This document shows positions 58,113 through 64,000 of a stretch of 64,000 bases of DNA, piece by piece. Source of the DNA: an uncultured Chloroflexia bacterium. Lineage in GTDB: Bacteria; Chloroflexota; Limnocylindria; QHBO01. How positions within the stretch are numbered: the stretch's first letter is position 1; each line of letters starts with the position of its first letter. The notes under the pieces are model-generated. The model did no database searches. It was not told the DNA's origin and was given only the letters and a program-made list of their open reading frames with translations. Location: positions 2,674 to 66,673 of the forward strand of contig CAWAHY010000003.1 in assembly GCA_963782015.1 (NCBI GenBank). Reading direction: 5' to 3'. Position numbers and translations under genes: made by a program.

Positions 58113-59396
58113 TTGCCGCTGCGCCCCGGAGCGACCGATAGTGGTGCACACATCACCGCACCACCACCGGAAGGAAGAGCCTTGGAGCGACCGACCGTCC
58201 TGCTCGCGCTGCAGGGCTACACGACTCCGTATGTCGACGCCCTGCACGTCGCCGGCTTCGATGTCCTGACCGATCCATCGGCCGCCACCGAGATGATGGC
58301 CGACGGGGGTGGCCTGGACCTGGCCGTGCTCGACTGCGACCTGTTCGACGCCTCCACGGTCTACGCCGAGCTCCATGGCGTGACGCCGGTCCCGACCATC
58401 CTGGTCTTCGCCGATGAGCCGCCCGCCTGGGCGACCGGCAGCAACACCCAGGCCACGCGTGACGAGTACGCCCTCAAGCCGCTCCCCGCCGATGCCCTGG
58501 TGTATCGGCTGCAGGCGCTCCAGATCCGATACAACCGCGGCGCTCGCGCCGAGGCCGGCCAGTGGGACGACTCCCCGAGCTCAGAGGGGGCGACCATCGG
58601 CGAGGGCCACGTGGTCAGCATCTTCGCCCCCAAGGGCGGCGTGGGCAAGACGACGATCGCCGTCAACCTCTCGGTTGCGCTCCGCGAGCAGACGCGGGCG
58701 CAGGTGCTCCTGCTCGATGCCGATGTCGGCGTCGGCAATGTCACCAGCATCCTCGACGTGCCGTACCGGATGGGACTCGCCGACCTGGCCGACTCCTCGC
58801 CCGACGAGTGGACCGATGCCGCCTTTGACCAGGCGGTCTGCGTGCACAAGGCGAGCGGCGTCAACGTGCTCACCTGGGGCAACGATCCAGCCGAGTCCGA
58901 GCGGATCAAGGTGGACCTGCTGCTGGCGGCCGTGCGCTGGGCGCGCGCTCACTACTCCTACGTGATCATCGACAACCACCCGAGCTACGACGACCGCACC
59001 ATGGCGATGCTGGCCATCTCCGGTGAGATCTTCCTGGTGGTCACCCCCGAGGTCGGGCCGCTGCGGAATGCCGCCCAGTTCCTGGAGGTGGCGCGCGAAG
59101 TGGGGCTCGGCGACATCGTCAAGGTGATCGTCAACCGCGCCAACCACGGCGTCTCCATGGACGACATCGCCGAGACGCTCGGCAAGCCGGTGAGCGCCAT
59201 GATCGTCTCCAACGGGCCGAAGGCGGTCGCCGCCGCCAACGAGGGGACGCCCATGATCACCAAGTTCCCGGGCGACAGGATGAGCGCCGACCTGCACGGC
59301 GTCGCGCGCCTGCTCACGCGCGAGCCGACCGTCGCGCCGTCGGAGAAGTCACGGCCCTGGTGGGCCACCCTGGCGGCACGCCTCTCGAGCGTCTGA
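58113..59396 (+). CDS. MinD/ParA-superfamily ATPase with an N-terminal receiver-like domain (CpaE/TadZ-like architecture)
   Basis: Deviant Walker A 'APKGGVGKTT'. 'LLLDADVGVGN'. N-terminal ~120 aa resemble a CheY-like fold ('VLLALQG..LAVLDCDL'). The true start may be the TTG near 58182. Confidence 0.75.
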   Translation: MPLRPGATDSGAHITAPPPEGRALERPTVLLALQGYTTPYVDALHVAGFDVLTDPSAATEMMADGGGLDLAVLDCDLFDASTVYAELHGVTPVPTILVFADEPPAWATGSNTQATRDEYALKPLPADALVYRLQALQIRYNRGARAEAGQWDDSPSSEGATIGEGHVVSIFAPKGGVGKTTIAVNLSVALREQTRAQVLLLDADVGVGNVTSILDVPYRMGLADLADSSPDEWTDAAFDQAVCVHKASGVNVLTWGNDPAESERIKVDLLLAAVRWARAHYSYVIIDNHPSYDDRTMAMLAISGEIFLVVTPEVGPLRNAAQFLEVAREVGLGDIVKVIVNRANHGVSMDDIAETLGKPVSAMIVSNGPKAVAAANEGTPMITKFPGDRMSADLHGVARLLTREPTVAPSEKSRPWWATLAARLSSV

Positions 59397-59446
59397 GCCT
59401 GCCCTCTGGCGGCGTTGCGCCGCTCAGGGAGCCCTGCCATCATGCC

Positions 59447-59470
59447 CGCGCGGACCACCCGGTCCGCGCG
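59447..59470 (+). terminator. 10-bp perfect hairpin after the MinD-like gene
   Basis: CGCGCGGACC-ACCC-GGTCCGCGCG followed by TTCTCATT. Confidence 0.5.
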
Positions 59471-59522
59471 TTCTCATTCCGCTTGATTCAAGGAGACTCC
59501 GCCGCCCGGCGGAGCGGGTGCC

Positions 59523-59861
59523 GTGCCGACCTACGACTACCAGTGCCGCAGCTGCGGCGTCATCACCGAGGTGGTCCACTCGATGCTCGAGGACGGGCCG
59601 AGCGCCTGTGAGCGCTGCGGTGGGGAGCTGCGCCGCGTCTTCCACCCGACCGGGATCATCTTCAGGGGAGGCGGCTTCTACAAGACCGATTCGCGCTCGT
59701 CGGACTCTGGGAGCGTGGGAGGCGGCAGCCGAGGCACGACCCCATCGTCGACCGACGGCGGCACGACGGCGCCGGCCACCGAGGGCGGTTCGAGCGGCAA
59801 GGAGTCGGGGAGCTCGTCCAGCGGCAAGGACGCCGCGAAGGGCTCGGGCGGGAGCGACTAG
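59523..59861 (+). CDS. FmdB-family zinc-ribbon protein (CxxC..CxxC) with a Ser/Gly-rich tail
   Basis: '[18 protein letters not shown]' signature. GTG start 8 nt after GGAG. Confidence 0.8.
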   Translation: MPTYDYQCRSCGVITEVVHSMLEDGPSACERCGGELRRVFHPTGIIFRGGGFYKTDSRSSDSGSVGGGSRGTTPSSTDGGTTAPATEGGSSGKESGSSSSGKDAAKGSGGSD

Positions 59862-61129
59862 GCCGACTGGGACTGCGGCGTTCCGCAGCGACGGCAGAAG
59901 CGGGCCGATGCGGAGAGCGACAGCTCGCAATGCCCGCAGCTCCGAACGCCGATCTGGCTGATGGCGCCCGCGACCTCGCGAGCCGACGCGTCCCAGAACG
60001 CGCCGCCGGCAGCGGAGGCAGCCGCCGCGGCCTGCAGCTCTGCCGCGCGCGGCGCTGCGCCGCTGGAGCGGTAGGGGAGCACGACCCGCTCGGCTGGCCC
60101 GACGGGGCCCTGCCCGGTGTCGCCCAGGCCCAGCAGGTCGAGCTGCGCCTGTCGCGCGGCAAGCGTCTCCCGTTCGGCGGATGCCGCGGCGGCGATTCCC
60201 TCGTCCCGCCCGCCGGCCTGTGGGTAGTGCAGGAACGTGTCCGAGATCGGACGCAGCGGCCGATACGGGATCTGCTCGGGCTCGGGCAGCGCCACGGGCT
60301 CGGGGGCGGGAGCCGGAGCGGGCTCGGGCTCCGCTTCGGCCTCGACCAGGACCGGCTCAGGCTCCGCTTCAGCCTCCAGCAGCACGGGCTGCGGGACCCA
60401 GACCGGCTCGGGCTCAGGCTCTGGCTCGGCTTCGGCCTCGACCAGGACCGGCTCAGGCTCGGCTTCGGCTTCGGCCTCGACCAGGACCGGCTCGGGCACC
60501 CAGACCGGCTCGGGCTCGAGCTCCGTCTCCGCCACCATCGGCTCTGGCTCGGGCACCCAGACCGGCTCGGGCTCGGGCTCCGTCTCCGCCACCATCGGCT
60601 CTGGCTCGGGCACCCAGACTGGTTCGGGCTCGAGCTCCGTCTCCGCCACCATCGGCTCCGACTGCGGCCACGCCGGCTCGGGAGCGCGCGCGGGGGGCGG
60701 CTCGCTCAGATCCAGCTCGGGCCAGGCGGTGTTGCCATTGACCGGGAACTGCATGGAATAGTCGGCCTCGACCTCGCCAAGGGTCGCCGCGAAGCGCTCG
60801 GCCAGCGGCTGGGTCACCGGCAGCGGCTGGCAGCTCTGGCAGCGGCCGACCGAGTCGTTCCAGCAGTTCGTGCAGGTGTACTGGCGGCAGTCGATGCAGA
60901 AGTTGAACGACGAGTGGAAGGCGTCGAGCTGCCTGGAGGCGAGCTGCTCCTCCTGCGAGCGAACCGCGTCGGTGAGCGAATCGGACAGGGAATCCTGGCT
61001 CAGGACATAGTTCTTGAACCCGGAGATGAGGCTCCGGGTGCGCCGCATCGGCGTCATCTTGGTCGGGGCGGCGAACTCGTATCGAGTGCCGCACCGCTCG
61101 CAATAGGATTCGGTCAGCGCGTCTGGCAT
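59858..61129 (-). CDS. Acidic repeat protein with zinc ribbons at both ends (unknown function)
   Basis: N-terminal '[11 protein letters not shown]' and '[24 protein letters not shown]'. Central Pro/Glu/Val repeats. C-terminal '[19 protein letters not shown]'. Confidence 0.65.
   Translation of the reverse strand: MPDALTESYCERCGTRYEFAAPTKMTPMRRTRSLISGFKNYVLSQDSLSDSLTDAVRSQEEQLASRQLDAFHSSFNFCIDCRQYTCTNCWNDSVGRCQSCQPLPVTQPLAERFAATLGEVEADYSMQFPVNGNTAWPELDLSEPPPARAPEPAWPQSEPMVAETELEPEPVWVPEPEPMVAETEPEPEPVWVPEPEPMVAETELEPEPVWVPEPVLVEAEAEAEPEPVLVEAEAEPEPEPEPVWVPQPVLLEAEAEPEPVLVEAEAEPEPAPAPAPEPVALPEPEQIPYRPLRPISDTFLHYPQAGGRDEGIAAAASAERETLAARQAQLDLLGLGDTGQGPVGPAERVVLPYRSSGAAPRAAELQAAAAASAAGGAFWDASAREVAGAISQIGVRSCGHCELSLSASARFCRRCGTPQSQSA
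60489..60659. repeat. 3 x 57-bp in-frame tandem repeat inside the zinc-ribbon protein gene (preceded by shorter related repeats from ~60300)
   Basis: Units at 60489-60545, 60546-60602 and 60603-60659 differ at a few positions. Each encodes ~'[10 protein letters not shown](L/P)EPEPVWVP'. Confidence 0.85.
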
Positions 61130-61294
61130 CGGTTATTCGGCATCCGGTTCTTGAGGGAGAGGCTTCAGGGAGCAGGAGTATACCGACCCGACTCCATTGC
61201 TCCCCACAGGCGCATTGGTACCTTGGCGAGCGCCGTTGGTACCCCGCTCGTCCGGTAGGACGGGGGTGGCCGCGGCCCGTGCTACGATCGGCGG

Positions 61295-62053
61295 GTGGGC
61301 ATCTTCTCGCGGCTCGAGGCGTTCCTCGAGCGGCTCTTCGAGGCGCCGGCGGGGCGCCTGGGGGCCACGCTGCAGCCGGTCCTGCTGACCAAGCGGATCG
61401 AGCGCGCCATGGACAGCGGCAAGACCTTCGGCGCGGCGGGGATCATCGTCCCGAACCGCTATGACCTGCATCTCCATCCGGCCGACTTCGCGGCCTTCGA
61501 ATCGTTCCGCGGGTCGCTCGAGGACGACCTGGCGCACGGCGCCGCGACGCGGGCCCGACGGGAGCGCTACCACCTCGTCGCGCGGGCCAGCGTCCACCTG
61601 GTGGCCGATCCCGCCGTCCCGCGCGGCGACGTCCGGGTCGCTGCCAACGTGGTCGATGACGCCGGCGATCGGGTTCCCCAGCAGGCGCCGGAGTCGCCCT
61701 CGGCGCAGACGATCGTGCTCGCCCGTCCAGGCCACGAAGTGGCACCGCCTGAGTCCGCCTCCCGCGCCTTCCTGCTGGTCCGCACCGATGGGGCCGCCCT
61801 GGTGCGCTTCGACCTGGGTGGGGCCCTGATCAGCATCGGCCGGGCCAGCGACAACGACGTGATCGTGGACGACCCCGAGGTGAGCCGGCACCACTGCCAG
61901 CTGAAGCTGCAGCACGGCGCCTACAGCTTCGCCGACCTCGGCAGCCGGAACGGCTCATGGGTCAACGGCCAGCAGGTCAGCGAGGTGGCGCTGGGACCGG
62001 GCGACTCGATCCAGATCGGCAGCACCGAGATCCAGTTCCAGGTGCGCGGGTGA
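61295..62053 (+). CDS. fhaA: FhaA-like protein (DUF3662 N-terminal domain + C-terminal FHA domain)
   Basis: 'MGIFSRLEAFLERLFE' N-terminus and 'ISIGRASDNDVIVDDPEVSRHHCQL' FHA core. GTG 6 nt after TACGAT. Confidence 0.8.
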   Translation: MGIFSRLEAFLERLFEAPAGRLGATLQPVLLTKRIERAMDSGKTFGAAGIIVPNRYDLHLHPADFAAFESFRGSLEDDLAHGAATRARRERYHLVARASVHLVADPAVPRGDVRVAANVVDDAGDRVPQQAPESPSAQTIVLARPGHEVAPPESASRAFLLVRTDGAALVRFDLGGALISIGRASDNDVIVDDPEVSRHHCQLKLQHGAYSFADLGSRNGSWVNGQQVSEVALGPGDSIQIGSTEIQFQVRG

Positions 62054-62493
62054 CCGGCGAGATCCTGCGGCTCCTCCTCCTGGTCCTCCAGCTCGCCTTC
62101 CTGGGCCTCCTCTACGTGATCCTCTTCGGCTTCTCCCGCTCGCTGCTGCGTGACCTGCGCAGCGCCGAGGTGACCCAGATGGCGAGCCAGTCGGGGATCG
62201 GGCGGCTCTCCGTGCTGGAGTCCGCCGTCGACGACCCCGCGGTCGGCACCACCATCGCCCTGGGGCCGATCAACTCCATCGGCCGGAATGTGAACAGCAC
62301 GATCTTCATCGACGACGACTTCGTCAGCGGCGGCCATGCGATGCTCACCTTCCGGGGCCGGAGCTGGTTCATCGAGGACCAGGGCAGCACCAACGGGACC
62401 TACGTCAACGGGCACCTGATCGATCGCGCGGTGGCACTCTCCTTCGGCGATGAGCTGACGATCGGACGCGTGCGGATGCGGCTGGAGCGCTGA
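62050..62493 (+). CDS. fhaB: FhaB/FipA-like membrane-anchored FHA-domain protein
   Basis: GTGA overlap with fhaA. N-terminal TM helix. 'SIGRNVNSTIFIDDDFVSGGHAML' FHA core. Confidence 0.75.
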   Translation: MTGEILRLLLLVLQLAFLGLLYVILFGFSRSLLRDLRSAEVTQMASQSGIGRLSVLESAVDDPAVGTTIALGPINSIGRNVNSTIFIDDDFVSGGHAMLTFRGRSWFIEDQGSTNGTYVNGHLIDRAVALSFGDELTIGRVRMRLER

Positions 62494-63833
62494 TGCGCGC
62501 GGTCACCCGACCGGTCGAGCTGCGCCTGCTGCTGCCCCTCCTGATCCTCGTCCCGCTCGGCTTCGCGGTGACCCACATCGCGCAGACCGGCACGCTCGAT
62601 CCCGGTCCGCTGGGCGTCGCGATCGGCTACGTCGGCCTGATGCTCGGGGCGCACATCGTGCTGCGCCTCACCGGGAGCCAGGGTGACCAGCTCCTGCTGC
62701 CGGTGGTGGCGACGATCGGCGGCGTGGGGATGGTGATGCTCAACCGGCTGCCGCAGGGGCTGCTGGGGACCGATCTGCTCGGCGTGCGGCTCGGGATGGC
62801 GACGACCCAGCTCCTCTGGTTCGCGGTGGGGACCGGCGCCATGCTGCTGATCGCCGCGCGCTTCCGGGACGACGGGTTCCTGCGCCACTACAAGTACACC
62901 TGGGCCCTGGCCGGCAGCCTGCTGCTGGTCATCACCTTCCTGTTCGGCCAGGAGGTGAACGGCGCTCGGCTCTGGATCGACGTCGGCCCGATCAGCTTCC
63001 AGCCGGGGGAGGCGATCAAGGTCGTGCTCGTCATCTTCATCGCCGGTTACCTGGCGGAGAAGCGCGCGGTGCTGTCCGAGGCCAGCGCGCGCATCGGGCC
63101 CATCAAGATCCCGCCGCTGCCGTACCTGCTGCCGATGCTGGCGATCTTCGTGCTGGTGATGGGGATCGTGATCATCAGCCGCGACCTCGGCACCGCGCTC
63201 CTCTTCCTGGGGATCTTCCTGACCATGCTCTTCGTGGCGACGGGGCGGCGCAGCTACGTCCTGGTCGGGATCCTCCTCTTCGTGGCCGGCTCGTTCGTCG
63301 CCTACCAGATCTTCGGCCACGTCCGCGTCCGCGTCGACAACTGGATCGACCCGTTCGTCGACCCGAGCGGGGCCGGCTACCAGACCGTCCAGGCCCTGTA
63401 CGCCTTCGGACGGGGCGGGCTCTTCGGCGAGGGGCTGGGGCAGGGGCTGCCGACCATCTCCGGGCGGCTGCCGATCCCGGCGCTGCCGACCGACTTCATC
63501 TTCGCGGCGGTGGCCGAGGAGCTGGGCCTGATCGGCGCCGTGGCGCTGCTGGCGCTGGTGATGGTGCTCGTCTTCCGGGGCCTGCGCACCGCGGTCCTGG
63601 CCCGCGACGACTTCAGCTCGATGCTGGCGGTGGGGCTCACCGTCAGCCTCGGCCTCCAGACGCTCATCATCGCGGCCGGCAACGTGAAGCTGGTGCCGCT
63701 GACCGGAATCACCTTCCCCTTCGTGAGCTACGGCGGCTCGAGCCTGCTGGCCTGCTTCGTGGTGGTGGGGCTGCTGCTGGCGATCAGCCATCGGTCCGCG
63801 GTGGATGCCGTCGCCGAGGGGCGCGGCCCGTGA
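62493..63833 (+). CDS. rodA: SEDS-family peptidoglycan glycosyltransferase (FtsW/RodA)
   Basis: ~10 TM helices. 'LPTDFIFAAVAEELGLIG' and 'GITFPFVSYGGSS' SEDS motifs. Overlaps the fhaB stop. Confidence 0.88.
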   Translation: MRAVTRPVELRLLLPLLILVPLGFAVTHIAQTGTLDPGPLGVAIGYVGLMLGAHIVLRLTGSQGDQLLLPVVATIGGVGMVMLNRLPQGLLGTDLLGVRLGMATTQLLWFAVGTGAMLLIAARFRDDGFLRHYKYTWALAGSLLLVITFLFGQEVNGARLWIDVGPISFQPGEAIKVVLVIFIAGYLAEKRAVLSEASARIGPIKIPPLPYLLPMLAIFVLVMGIVIISRDLGTALLFLGIFLTMLFVATGRRSYVLVGILLFVAGSFVAYQIFGHVRVRVDNWIDPFVDPSGAGYQTVQALYAFGRGGLFGEGLGQGLPTISGRLPIPALPTDFIFAAVAEELGLIGAVALLALVMVLVFRGLRTAVLARDDFSSMLAVGLTVSLGLQTLIIAAGNVKLVPLTGITFPFVSYGGSSLLACFVVVGLLLAISHRSAVDAVAEGRGP

Positions 63834-64000
63834 TCGCCACCAACATCCGCCGCCTCTCGGTCTACCTGGTGCTCGCCTTCGCCAGCGTCTCCGCCGCGCT
63901 CGGCTGGTGGCAGGTGCTCGACGCCCAGCGGCTGGCCACGCGGCCGGACAACCCGCAGGTGATCGCGGCGCACCGCAGCCTGCCGCGCGGCTCGATCTTC
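63830..64000 (+). CDS. pbpA: Penicillin-binding protein 2-like transpeptidase, 5' fragment (runs off the window)
   Basis: GTGA overlap with rodA. Signal-anchor 'LSVYLVLAFASVSAALGWW'. Identity is inferred mostly from position after rodA. Confidence 0.55.
   Translation, partial: MIATNIRRLSVYLVLAFASVSAALGWWQVLDAQRLATRPDNPQVIAAHRSLPRGSIF

Overview
GC-rich bacterial chromosomal window. Composition was judged by eye and from the many long Arg/Ala/Gly/Pro-rich shadow ORFs on both strands; nothing was computed. I can support about 60 protein-coding genes, two tRNAs (Lys-CTT 46486-46560 minus, Leu-TAG 48997-49080 plus) and one T-box leader before valS. I saw no rRNA, CRISPR array, transposase, integrase or phage structural gene. 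Gene content and order look actinobacterium-like: tig-clpP-[ogt]-clpX, then T-box-valS; fhaA-fhaB-rodA-pbpA; MMPL, LCP, a SARP-type regulator, a DUF385/F420-type enzyme; many leaderless starts. The lineage cannot be fixed from this window. Blocks in order: corA; giant SARP-STAND-TM-BMP regulator plus small repeat protein; vapBC; TPR + class III cyclase; padR operon; APC permease; heme-binding/DUF385 pair; MBL hydrolase; decayed ECF sigma/anti-sigma pair; lipA-dinB-lipB; MMPL; alkD-like; GGDEF/HD-GYP + surface protein; 2-oxoacid dehydrogenase operon; cyanophycin locus (M20 peptidase, ATP-grasp-less CphA paralogue, cphB-cphA); J-domain protein; M16 peptidase pair; Kelch/SH3b lipoprotein module; TMEM175; LCP; DUF3105/holin-X/DUF3618; tig, clpP, ogt, clpX, valS; zinc-ribbon + MinD/CpaE-like cluster; fhaAB-rodA-pbpA. 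Four things are not explained by the gene list. (i) Two unrelated intergenic repeat families: a 126-127 bp mosaic inverted-repeat element in 5 copies, and clusters of GCACGC-TGR-GCGTGC-type hairpins filling 4 consecutive intergenic regions. (ii) About 30 reading-frame disruptions inside recognisable genes, including valS, lipA, lipB and E2, densest at 12.5-27.8 kb. These are most simply indel errors in the assembly, but real decay cannot be excluded without reads. (iii) A recurrent -10 hexamer 6-9 nt before start codons, indicating leaderless mRNAs. (iv) Several unusual architectures. My best candidates for something new are the ATP-grasp-less cyanophycin-synthetase paralogue paired with an M20 peptidase, the SARP-STAND-TM-BMP one-component regulator, the family-A repeat element, and the zinc-ribbon/MinD-like cluster upstream of fhaA. 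All coordinates for frameshift junctions and repeat edges were hand-derived and are approximate.
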